Assembly: GCF_006345805.1 (NCBI RefSeq) | Contig: NC_043006.1 | Span: forward strand, 75,516,001-75,580,000 | Length of the DNA: 64,000 nt | Direction: 5' to 3' | From: Octopus sinensis | Lineage: Eukaryota | Shown: one piece after another, positions 38,385-50,181 of the stretch | How the letters are laid out: every line of letters begins with the position of its first letter | Numbering within the stretch: position 1 is the first letter of the stretch | Made by a program: the position numbers and the translations under genes | Notes under the pieces: generated by a model | Seen by the model: the letters and a program-made list of their open reading frames with translations, nothing else | What the model was told of the DNA's origin: nothing | Databases searched by the model: none

Positions 38385-38560
38385 AGCGACGGGGAGAGTA
38401 ACTATTATCCTAATAGTTGTGGGGGCAGTCGGATCACTAACAACTAGGTTCGAGAAATATTCCAGAGAAATTGGAATGAGGGCAGAGCAGGCTCAAAGTG
38501 CTGGTCTATTGGGGGTGGCTCTGTCAAAGAAAGGTAACAGTTTATTTGTTAGATGTCCAC
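38385..38560 (+). pseudogene. Degenerate R4/Dong-type endonuclease C-terminal fragment (third family)
   Basis: VTIILIVVGAVGSL...AEQAQSAGLLG parallels VVVPITVGALG...LQKTALL. Confidence 0.5.
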
Positions 38561-40483
38561 ACAGTTTGCCTCGATATAAGTTTGCAAGCAAGTTTTGGGT
38601 TGGTACGTGTCTACATATTGAAGAAACTTGCCTAAGTTGATTTGTGCAGTGTGATTGTCCTCGAAATCCCACACGCACAATCACAGGAACACATACACAT
38701 ACACATACCCGGAGATGTACACATTACCATTGCTTTTATTAATTTATATTTCCAGCATCCTGTTTTTGTTAGTCTATTTCTTCTTTTGGAAATGTATTTC
38801 TACCTCTCCCTAACTTTATCTCTTAATTAATTAAAATTAATTAAAATTATGTGTTGTGTATCTCGCCTTCACTTCGTTTGTACCTCGCATGCGTAGAAAT
38901 GAAATGAACTGGCGTTATTTCCCCGCTGAAATTGCAGTAAAAGCCACTCTTCAAAATACACCGTCTGACACCACCTCTTCCCAGCTCTCCCTATCTCTCT
39001 ATATCTTCGCAAATATCTCCCTTCCTAATGCCCTTCACAACCATAAATTCTTTTAATGATTCGATTCTCCTTTCTCTTCGAGTTAATTCCGTTCTAAATA
39101 ATTACACCTTCCTCTTCGCAATTTATTAATATTTTAGTTCGTTTTCAAAAGATAACCTTATAAATAATAATGTCTTTCATTTCAAGTCCGTTCTCATTCG
39201 TTCTCAATGAAGATCCATTAAAATGTGTTTCTTTTGAAATTATATTTCATTGTTTAGTGTCTTTAAATGTACAGCGTCATTATATGTATGTCTCGGTGCT
39301 GACCGTTCAACAAAATGTGCTAGAACCATTACATCTACACACACACCATAGACGGCCATTTGCAAATAGGCGAGTAAGTTAAATCTATGACAGACGATTT
39401 CATACATATATTTCCATGACTTCATTTTCTATACATAACATTTGTGTTTAATTCAAGCAATACATAATTATTTCTTTTCAGTTTCATTAATATTTTCGTT
39501 CATTTTCAAAACACACCCTCATAAATAATAATTTTCACTTTTCTATGAAAACTCTTTCAATATTTCGATTTTATTAACTATTCTTTTTAAAGAGGGTTTC
39601 TTTCGCTCAGGGACTGTGATTTGAACGAAATCGTTGAAATGAATAGTGATGAAGACTTGACTGAAAATTAATGGTTAATGAAGAAACAAATATTAATTGA
39701 ATTTCATTGATAAATGTCGATTGAAAAGTGAAATGTTACGAAGGGGGAAATGGTGGGGATAAAATGTGTGACGTCAAGAGTAGTAGATTTATTATGGTGG
39801 TGGAGGAGGTAATGTTCATAGTAGTGATGATGATAGTGCTTGTGATTGCTGTCCATGAACGATAGAAGGAAAAAGGAAAAACTGGCATGCATTTTGTTAT
39901 AAAAGGCGAAGACAATAATAGTAATAATTAAAATAACAAAAACAATACCAAGCATAACGATAACAAATAGCGGAACTACGCGCTCATACATAAAGCATGA
40001 AACACATTTTGCATTCTAGCGTGTGAAGGTTTGTTTTGTGCGCTATCTTTGATCAGTAGTCACGCGGGTTATCACCAAAATCTTCCTGACATGGACTAGA
40101 AAGGGGCCTCATCATGTGATGTATCATTTCTCCACTTCCATTTGTGGTGGTTGCGGTGTCGGTATTGAGGAGGGAAAGAAGCTTTTACAGAGGTAATGAA
40201 GATCGGAGAATACTTGGTACAACCATCATTGCTTGCTTTTATGGATGCTGTTATCGCCACAGTAAAAACAAGAAGTACCCCAAAATGATAACCATAGTAT
40301 TGCTGAGAATCAGATGATGGTGAAACAGGGACAAATTGCCATCCGTTAACACCTGTAATTTGACAATTTCCTAACGAGGTCTTTCGCCATGTATCTTATA
40401 GTTTCATCAAGTATATGGAATATTATTAACAAGAATGGAGACGATAGAAGGGCACGCGAGTGGATTCTTAGATTTTAGCAGCA

Positions 40484-40527
<44 letters not shown>

Positions 40528-40558
40528 TGCTGCTATATATATATATATATATAACGGG

Positions 40559-40590
<32 letters not shown>

Positions 40591-40604
40591 ATGTGTGTGT
40601 GTGT

Positions 40605-40891
40605 GGAGGCGCAATGACCCAGTGGTTAGAGAAGCGGACTCGCGGTCGTAGGATCGTGGTTTCGATTCCCAGACCGTGCGCTGTGAGCGTTTATTGAGCA
40701 AAAACACTTAAAGCTCCACGAGCCTCCGGCAGGGGGTGGTGGCGATCTCTGCTGTACTCTTTCGCCACAACTTTCTCCATTCTTTCTCTGTTGGCCTGCT
40801 CACTTAATCAGCGGGGTGGCGTCATTTGAAGGCTAAAGCATAGCGCATTGTGACCAGCGATATGTAGCAACACCTGATAACCTGGTCGGTC

Positions 40892-40895
<4 letters not shown>
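40605..40895 (+). mobile_element. SINE family B
   Basis: Matches 9430-9740. Confidence 0.85.
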
Positions 40896-40953
<58 letters not shown>

Positions 40954-40978
40954 CAGAAATAATTGTTTTTTTAACCAG

Positions 40979-41143
40979 AAGACACAGGAGTGGCTGTGTG
41001 GTAAGTAGCTTGCTTATCAACCACATAGTTCCGGGTTCAGTCCCACTGCGTGGCACCTTGGGCAAGTGTCTTCTACTATATCCTCGGGCCGACCAAAGCC
41101 TTGTGAGTGGATTTGGTAGACGGAAACTGAAAGAAGCGCATCG

Positions 41144-41176
<33 letters not shown>

Positions 41177-41418
41177 GTGTGCGTGTGTGTGTGTATGTAT
41201 GTTTGTGTGTCTGTATTTGTCTCCTCAACATCGCTTGACAACCGATGATGGTGTGTTTACGTTCACGTAACTTAGCGTTTCGGCAAAAGACCGATGGAAT
41301 AAGTACTAGGCTTACAAAAGAATAAGTTCTGGGGTCGATTTGCTCAACTAAAGGCGGTACTCCAGCGTGACCGTAGACAAATGACTGAAACAAGTAAAAG
41401 AGCAAAAGAGTAAAAGAG
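40979..41418 (+). mobile_element. SINE family A, full length
   Basis: Head, internal (TA/TG)n and (gtaaaaga)n tail. Confidence 0.9.
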
Positions 41419-41775
41419 TCGAACTGATCCCGCTTCTTTTTGTGAACAAAAATATTGTACGAAACACACATTGTTTACATCTGTCAACTACCAACTACTG
41501 ACAAGTTTTCAGCCGCGATCACTGCACCAAGAGATGTCCAATTTATAAAATCGTTCAATCTATTTCTTTCACTTTTCGAACTCCATCATTTGTACTGGCT
41601 GGTAGATGAAGGTTGCTTTCTGGTATTTTCCACTACAAACTCTATACCCTATCATAGAATTTTCGCAGGAGACTACACAAGTAGTGCCCTGTTAGTTTCT
41701 TCCTGCTGTTTTCTTTTTCTACAGGACGCCATCTTATTGTCTTTAGCCAATTGTATAAGAGAGAAAGAAACTGAG

Positions 41776-41811
<36 letters not shown>

Positions 41812-41835
41812 GAAGAAAGATATAGAGCTAAAACG

Positions 41836-41899
<64 letters not shown>

Positions 41900-42253
41900 T
41901 TCAGACATTTTTACAGTCCAGCGAAGAGCACATGGAATTATCTATCGGAAGAATTCACGGAGCGACTAACAAATTGGTTCCTTGTTTCTCTGGGAACAGT
42001 TGAATTGATGTTGACACCTCGGATGAGAATTCAATAGGTTTCGAAAATCGTTTAAGTCTACTCATTATATTTTTCAGTCGACAGGGAAATAGTTACATTT
42101 TTCCTTTTTATATATCTATTGCGGAGGTTGTCTTTTTCTTGTTGCTTTTTAAGAATATGGATTTACTAGGAGGAGAGGATTCCCAGTCCCCTCGCTCCTG
42201 CCCCTTTAATTGCCTCTTACGCCACGCAGGGCATACGGCGACTGCATTCTACC

Positions 42254-42483
42254 TATTTCTTTACTACCTACAAGGGGCTAAACACAGAGGAGACAAACAA
42301 GGACAGACAGACGGATTAAGTCGATTATATCACCTCAGTCCGTAACTGGTACTTAATTTATCGACCCCGAAAGGATGAAAGGCAAAGTCGACCACGGCGG
42401 AATTTGAACTCAGAACGTAACGGCAGACGAAATACGGCTACGCATTTCGCCCAGCGTGCTAACGATTCTGCCAGCTCGCCGCA
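42254..42483 (-). mobile_element. SINE family C variant with 13-bp TSD
   Basis: TSD actgcattctacc at 42241-42253 and 42484-42496. Confidence 0.9.
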
Positions 42484-42756
42484 ACTGCATTCTACCAACC
42501 CCCACCTCCAGTGGCAGTGGGGTTTGCTAGTTAACCCGTAGATGGAATCATAACAGGTGCTACCACTCCGGGCCAGAGTAGACCTGGGAACAATAGTGAC
42601 TAAGAAGTGGTTCCGCACTCCTCAAACCCTGAAACCAGGGCCACAGGGTCCCACTACCGGATATGGTTTATAGTTATTCCCAGGACAAAATGAGCTGGGA
42701 AATGAATGGAATGACTGGTGTGTGTCTTACTGTGGCTACTCACTCCTAAAAAATCT

Positions 42757-42829
42757 GCCCGGCTAGCTCAGTCGGTAGAGCACGAGACTCTTAATCTCGG
42801 GGTCGAGGGTTCGAGTCCCACGTTGGGCG
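42757..42829 (+). tRNA. tRNA-Lys (CTT anticodon)
   Basis: 73-nt cloverleaf resembling animal tRNA-Lys(CUU): anticodon at 42790-42792, perfect CGAGA/TCTCG anticodon stem, one A-A mismatch in the T stem, T-run terminator at 42835-42842. Confidence 0.82.
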
Positions 42830-42847
42830 AATGATTTTTTTTCTTTA

Positions 42848-42915
42848 TTAAAGGCGGTGCTCCAGCGTGGCCACAGTCAAATGACTGAAACAAGTAAAAG
42901 AGCAAAAAAAAGAGT
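42848..42915 (+). mobile_element. SINE family A 3' tail only
   Basis: taaaggcggtgctccagcgtggccacagtcaaatgactgaaacaagtaaaagag. Confidence 0.85.
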
Positions 42916-43679
42916 ATAATAGACCTGGGTAATGATATGATATAATGACTGCGGAGGTTACATATACATTGGCACTGTATACCTGAGATCCCCGTTGAGA
43001 GACTCCTGATATTAAATAAAGTGTTACACAATTACGGTAAGCAAACTAGCAGCTTCAGTTGTTGTTTGTTGCTATTGGATATTTTGAGTTCATAAACATA
43101 TTGGTTACTTGTTTCTCTGGAGTTCCTCAAATTGATGTAGACATTTCTAATGAGAACCCAATAAAGTTCGATAATCCTTAAAGCTAATCATAATTTATTC
43201 AATCTTCGGCGAAATGGTTAAATTTTACCTAATCATAAATCTACTGTGTAGGTTACATACACACACATACACACAAGCACACGCACGCACGCACACACAC
43301 ACACACACACACACAGACACACACACACACACGCACACTCACGCACACATATCACTCGATGAACTTACTTGTCCCATGCGCTCGCATACAAACCAAACAT
43401 ACACAAATGTTGCATACGAAGCTAACACCTCTGACAAAATTCCGTACTTGAACAAGTCGCGCTCTCAAAGCGACGAAAATATTTTGACAAATTAAATTTA
43501 AATGTTGAAGTGTAATCTAACGGTTTTTGTGTGTTTCTTAAATGGCTTATAAACACCTTCCACACTGCAATTGTTTACTTCTATATTGTTTTATGGTTTG
43601 TTTTGAGGGTCTATTTTTCTCCAAACTTTTGTGTATCGTTTTCGGAATTTGAATAAATTTTACCTCTTACCAGAAATAT

Positions 43680-44110
43680 AGGCGTAGGAGTGGTTGTGTG
43701 GTAAGTAGCTTGCTTAATAACCACATGATTCTGGGTTCAGTCCCACTGCGTGGCAACTTGAGCAAAGTGTCTTCTACTATAGCTTTGGGCCGACCAAAGC
43801 CTTGTGAGTGGATTCAGTAGACGGAAACTGAAAGAAGCTCGTCGTATATATATGTATATGTATGTGTATATATATGTGCGTGTGTGTGTTTGTGTGTCTG
43901 TGTTTGTTCCCCCCCCAACATCGCTTGACAACCGATGCTGGTGTGTTTACGTCCCCGTAACTTAGCGATTCGGCAAAAGAGACCGATAGAATAAGTACTA
44001 GGCTTACAAAGAATAAGTCCTGGAGTCGATTTGCTCGACTAAAGGCAGTGCTCCAGCATGGCCACAGTCAAATGACTGAAACAATTAAAAAGAGTAAAAA
44101 AAAAAGAATA
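43680..44110 (+). mobile_element. SINE family A, full length
   Basis: Near-consensus sequence. Confidence 0.9.
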
Positions 44111-44349
44111 TGACATTGCATTGTCGAGCAGCAGAAAAACAACGATCGAATTTATCTGACAACACTGCACACACACACACACACACACGTAGCATAGACA
44201 CACATTCACATCATGGGAGTTTAAGTGTGTGGAAACGCGTCGCAAGGTATTGATCGAATATTTACCCATAGTGCCGTATAAAATAATCAAACTCCGAATC
44301 ATGCGTTTGGAGGAACTAAACTTATTGCTTAACGTCTACACCACTGTAT

Positions 44350-44400
44350 TTATTTTCTTTTAATAAACGTCAATTAATGACGTTTATTAAAAGAAAATAA
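44350..44400. repeat. Perfect 23-bp inverted repeat with 5-nt loop
   Basis: ttattttcttttaataaacgtca attaa tgacgtttattaaaagaaaataa. Confidence 0.95.
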
Positions 44401-44504
44401 CCCCGTAACTTAGCGGTTCGGCAAAAGAGTCTGGGGGTTATTGATCAAAATTACTGTTAAGCACTATGAGATTTGAACACAAAACCTGCCAAAGTTCATA
44501 ATGT

Positions 44505-45130
44505 ATCTTTAGTCCAGCATTTTGAACCATTTTTGGTCTGTCACATTGCACTATTTTTAATCCAGCATATTCTGCTATATTTAGTTCGGCATACGTCTTT
44601 AATCCGGCATATTTTACCACCTTTAATCGGCATATTGGAACACTTGTATTCGGGTGTATTAGAACATTTTTAATTCGGCATATTAGACAATTTTGAATCC
44701 GGCATATGGCAATATATTTAGTCCAGCATATTGCACTATATTTAGTCCGGCAAATTAGAGCATATTTAATCCGGCATATTGGAAAATATCTAGTCCGGCA
44801 AATTGTACCCCTTTGATTTGGCAATGTCGTACACTTTTAATCTGGCATTGTTCACTATCTTTAGTCCAGCATATTGTATTATATTTAGTCCGGCAAATTA
44901 GAGCATATTTAATCCGGCATATTGGAATATATCTAATCCGGCAAATTGTACCCCTTTAATTCGGCATGTCGTACACTATTAATCTGGCATTGTTCACTAT
45001 CTTTAGTCCGGCATATTGTACTATCTTTAATCTGGTATACTGTCTTATCTTATCTGTAATCGAACATACAGAATCATCTTTAACCCGGCGTATACTATCT
45101 TTAGTCCGGCTTGTGCTCTCTCTAGTCCGG
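44505..45130. repeat. Degenerate 24-bp minisatellite with a 143-bp higher-order duplication
   Basis: Core t(a/t)gtccggcatatt recurs every 23-25 bp; caaattagag recurs at 44751 and 44894. Confidence 0.9.
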
Positions 45131-46169
45131 CATGTTGTACTATGTACATGATGTGATACACATTCACCAATACATTTACGTATATAAATTTAGGTGGTCT
45201 CACGCAGTGAGTCACGCACTCATACAAAGCACATGTACACATATACACGAACGTAAAGACAAACGAACATACACAAAAATACCTGTAAGAAATCTAGTTG
45301 AGGGAAATCACGTTTTATTCAGCATCTTAGAGAAGGAAAGAAAAGCAACAAAAAAAAAAGAAAACGAAAAAAAAAAAAGAAGAAAAAAAAATATAGCATG
45401 CACACGCGCTGACGCCCACACAAGCAGACGTATAGAAAAATATATAGAGTACCCGTTAATGTATGCTTTGCAGCTCGTACAAACACAATGGTACATAAAC
45501 GTGGATAAATATAGTACGAGTATATCCACACACATATTTGCCTATACGTATTCACATACTTACAGAAACACACCAATATAAATCAATGGAATTCACACGC
45601 ATGCTTCTATGCATATATAAATACGTATGATTTTAAACCCATGTACATACACGTAAACACATTCATGCACGCATATTCATACAGTATGCACGCAAATATA
45701 TATATATATATATATATATGCATGCACGAACACATGCAAGGAAATAAAGCACAAAAGCACGTTAGAATTTCAAAGGCAATCTCGTATGAAAGCGTACATT
45801 ATCAATAATAGCATCACAAGTACCCCAACGTGATCAGAAACGTATACCTAGCTAACTGCTATTACCTCCCTTTATAGTAGACATAGTAACAACTCCCACG
45901 CGTGAATGAAACAACCAAAAATCCTAGCTGTCTTCGGGTATGGTAGGTAGCTGTTTGAATCGGTTAGCGTTGTATGCTGTAGAAAATTACTTTAAGTACA
46001 CTGCGTAGGCAGGTAGTCAAGATATAACATGTGACTGGTAGACGCTACATGCGTTAAACAGAAAGAAATATGGTGTAGTGGTTAAGAGCGCGAGCTACTA
46101 GCCCTGAGATTTAGAGTTCGATTCCAGGCAGTGACCTGAATAATGATAATAATGATGATGATGATGATG

Positions 46170-46219
<50 letters not shown>

Positions 46220-46220
<1 letters not shown>

Positions 46221-46742
46221 GCCCTGATGCAGTCCCAGGCAGTGACTTTCATGGCTTCTAATCTTAACTAATTGGCAGTGTTATCATGTACATTGTTTTG
46301 TCTTGCTATAAAAGATGGGCTACAGCAAATATTCTGCTCAATACCACGGATTTGCTTGTCAGTTGTTTGACCTTAACCAGTTGAGCATGTCCCTTAGTGG
46401 CTGACGATATGTGCATCTCTGGCCACGAGCAGAAGTAGTGGGGGAGCATGATAGCCATGTGTTGAGAGGGATTCTTTGGGGTTTGAATAATTAACCTCTG
46501 GAAACATGGATGTTTCGTTCAACATCCTTAAACAACCGTTATTCAGGGACCTTTTGAGCGGGATGGGTTACCCAACCAGAAGAACATTCTAAGTGGGCCC
46601 AACCTGCAAGGTCATGCACTGTTTATCCTGATATGAGATCACCATTGTGATGCATGTGCCTGTTGTACCCTTATCAGACGGGTATACTGGTCTTCGTAAA
46701 CTTTACTCCAGTGTCACTTTGATGGCATGCACTGCTCTCTCA

Positions 46743-46745
<3 letters not shown>
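46220..46745. mobile_element. 555-bp repeat, unit 6
   Basis: Colinear with units 1-3, two small deletions, (AAT)n on both sides. Confidence 0.9.
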
Positions 46746-46818
<73 letters not shown>

Positions 46819-46876
46819 ATAACAACATCGAAAAATACCTTAGGAATGAGAATCCAGGTAAAAACATTTCCCCAAG

Positions 46877-46920
46877 ACACCTGATGAAGGCTGAAGTGTA
46901 TATCAGTCGAAACGTTGTGT
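46877..46920 (+). ncRNA. Minimal type I hammerhead ribozyme motif
   Basis: acac CTGATGA a ggctga agtgtata tcagtc GAAA cg TT gtgt: intact core, 4-bp stem I, 6-bp stem II, palindromic ACGT stem III. Confidence 0.75.
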
Positions 46921-47514
46921 TAACAACGAACAAGATAAGAGCAAATACCCGTCAAATATAAATAATGTAAGTAAGGTCTCTAGTTTGGTTAGAAAAAATA
47001 TTGCAGGAAAATATATCATATTTCATTTAAATATAGTCAATAGACAGAAAAGAAAAAAATTGTTAAAAGTTATACAAATTATATTTGTATAGTTTTGTTT
47101 TATACGAATGCATCAAATCGATAGAAATAGTATATATAGTAACATAGCTAATGACTACATGGTGTAGAATTTTGAATAAAACCTGATTTTATCATTCAAG
47201 TATACTGCCATTTGGAGAAGCAGAATCGTTAATGCATCGAATAAAGTGTATGCATTGCAGTATTTGTTTCAGTTCTTTAGTTTTAGAGTTCAAACCCCTT
47301 CGCAGTCAATTTTACCTCCTACCCTTCCAGGAGTGATACAATAAAGAAGCAGTCATTTAATAGGCTCGATTTAATTGGCCGTTTCCTTTCCCAAAGAAGA
47401 ACCCCAGCAAAATGGAACAATTATTGTTGTAGTCTTAGAAAGTTTTTTTGTTGAACAAAACCGTACGGGATGTAGTAGTTCACTGCTTTTGTTATTTTTT
47501 ATTGACTTGGGTGC

Positions 47515-47908
47515 AGGCGTGGCTGTGGGGTAAGTAACATGCTTCCCGACCACATTGTTCAGGTTCAGCCCCACCGCGTAGTACCTTGGACAAGTGTCTC
47601 CTATAACCTCGGGCCGACCAAAACCTTGTGAGTGGATTTGGTAGGCGAAAACTGAAAGAAGCCCGTCGTATATATATATATAAATCCTTAAATCCATAAA
47701 AATGTTTTAGTCCGAAGGCCGCGGCCATGCTGGGGCACCATATATGTATATGAATATATATGTATATGTATATATGTATATATATATATATATAATATAT
47801 ATATATATAGAAGAAATAGTAGAAGAAATAGCTATAACTCTTTGACTGCTATTTCTATCGGTATGTGGTAAGGCAATTCGTTGCTAAACCCTTTATTGCT
47901 TAGTATTA

Positions 47909-47961
<53 letters not shown>

Positions 47962-48016
47962 TATATATAATATGTATATATATATATAATATATATATAT
48001 AATATATATATATATA

Positions 48017-48083
<67 letters not shown>

Positions 48084-48332
48084 ATATTTATATATATATA
48101 TTCATGTGTATGTGTGTATGTGCGTTTGTCTATATCCCCCTATCGCTTGACAACCGATGTTGGTGTACTTACGCCCTTGTAACTTAGCAGTTCGGCAAAA
48201 GAGATTGATAGAATAAATACAAGGGTTGCAAAGATTAAGTGCTGGGGGTCTTTCTTCGACTAAAAACCCTTTAAGACGGTGCTCCAGCATGGCTGCAGTC
48301 AAATGACTAAAACAAGTAAAAGAATAAAAGAA
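47515..48332 (+). mobile_element. SINE family A split by an expanded (TA)n and inserts
   Basis: 5' half at 47515-47670 and 3' half at 48105-48332 in the same orientation. Confidence 0.6.
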
Positions 48333-48849
48333 TACTTGTTAGTCTTTTACGACATGAACATGGTTTTTTTTTCTCACTGTCTTCCTCTTCCTGCTTTTCA
48401 TTGAATATAAAGAGAATTATTGGAGTTGTTATTTTCTTATTCAAACAATAGAGCAAATACAGTGTTTCCAGTTTATTGTTAACCAAAGTAAGACCACAAT
48501 ACATCGATTTCCCATTTGTTTTGCAGGATTCTTGATGCGAAATCGTGTATTGATACAGATATTTTACTTTTGCGGATCATTCTGCTAAAAATGCTATAAA
48601 AAAATTGCAAATACTTCTAGTTCACTTCTCTGATTAGTTAATTGTTTAATCAGGTAATTAATTTAAATGCTGTTAATTAATCAGTAAATTAATTTTTGAT
48701 TAATGTCCCTTGAGCCAAAGCTTTCGCCACACGGCTGCAACATTTTCAACGTCATTCTCTTTCTTCAACTCACTTTGGAAAACGTTTTGTTGTGAGTAGT
48801 GGAAGAACGATCCTTCCTACCCAGAGAGTAACAATATCTGTTTCACAGC

Positions 48850-49740
48850 GAGAAACTCCACAAACAAAAATGTAAATAAAAGAGAATATGAGAAAAAATT
48901 AAAAGACGGTTAAAATTCAAGAATTAAGAGCAATAGCTCTGCCTATGAACTAAGCATATCCAAACTTCAAGTGTAAAACGCCACGACGAGAATAGCCCTA
49001 AAAATAAAAATATAACCTAACACAGATTTAAATCAGACTAAAACGTCAGCATTACCATGTCAAATAAAGTAATATATACAGCAGTCACTGTGGTTAGAAA
49101 AGACGGTGGGTATACTCTCAAATCCACTCAAATAGGAGTATCGAAACCCTAGCAAATAACATGAAAAATATTCAGAAAAATAAGTGAATGGACCTTTCAA
49201 TTCTCAATGAAATGAATAACAAAGCAACAAAACTAAAAAAAGAAAGAACATATTAAACAGAAATACAGCCTGACAAAAGCTGTACTTTAGTTGAAATGAA
49301 AAATAGCAACGATTTTTGAATGATCAAATAGTTCGACTCCAGTTTAAAGCAATTCTATAGGCCGGCGAAAGCAACGAACACGGCATCAGAATGACCTGTG
49401 TGTGTACAATAACTGAAGTGAAGAAGTAGTCGAGAAACTACAAAACACGAGCAACTGGAAGGCAACGGACAAGACAATGTCTCCAGCTGTTAGTGGAAAA
49501 AATATATTTAAAAACAGAGACGCATAAGATAGAAGCAAAATGTTTAATGAGCTACTGACGGAGCCAAAGGCAACACTAGAGATCTGAGACGTCTTCTTAC
49601 AGCCTTCAAAGCTTCAGCTGCAATAATATCGCAGAGGGAGAACAAGCATTTAGAAGAAAGCATCCCGTCTCTCTAGACACACAAGAAAGATGCTACAAAA
49701 ACGCGTATGGCTGTAAGGATCAATTACTGATCGAAAAGCT
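48850..49740 (+). pseudogene. Old, internally deleted R4/Dong-type remnant
   Basis: GYTLKS, DLSILNEM, NTSNWKA and QERCYKNAYGCKDQLLIEK parallel the 33-36 kb element. Confidence 0.7.
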
Positions 49741-49766
49741 ACAACTGAAGAAATATACACATATTT

Positions 49767-50181
49767 AGGCGCAGGAGTGGCTGTTTGGTAAGTAGCTTGC
49801 TAACCAACCACATGGTTCCGGGTTCAGTCCCACTGCGTGGCATCTTGGGCACGTGTCTTCTGCTATAGCCCCGGGCCGACCAATGCCTTGTGAGTGGATT
49901 TGGTAGACGGAAACTGAAAGAAGCCTGTCGTATATATGTATATATATATAAGTGGGTGTGAATATGTTTGTGTGTCTGTGTTTGTTCCCCTAGCATTGTT
50001 TGACAACCGATGCTGGTGTGTTTACGTCCCCGTAACTTAGCGGTTCGGCAAAAGAGACCGATAGAATAAGTACTGGGCTTACAAAGAATAAGTCCCGGGG
50101 TCGATTTGCTCGAATAAAGGCGGTGCTCCAGCATGGCCGCAGTCAAATGACTGAAACAAGTAAAAAGAGTAAAAAAAGAGT
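49767..50181 (+). mobile_element. SINE family A, full length
   Basis: Near-consensus; atattta on both flanks is a possible TSD. Confidence 0.9.

Larger units (their letters stand above)
46071..46969 (+). mobile_element. Candidate tRNA-headed SINE with hammerhead-bearing tail, interrupted by a 555-bp repeat
   Basis: A box tggtgtagtgg (46071), B box gagttcgattcc (~46114), (AAT)n, insert at 46220-46745, (AAT/AAC)n, tail 46827-46969 with HHR. Confidence 0.55.

Noticed and set aside
39704-39991. ORF with a transmembrane-like stretch (-)
   Set aside because: The hydrophobicity derives from (ATT/GTT)-rich low-complexity sequence, and there is a stop just upstream.
41660-41730. AAGATGGCG start context giving MASCRKRKQQEE (-)
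   Set aside because: Stops after 19 codons and no downstream transposase or gene motifs were found.
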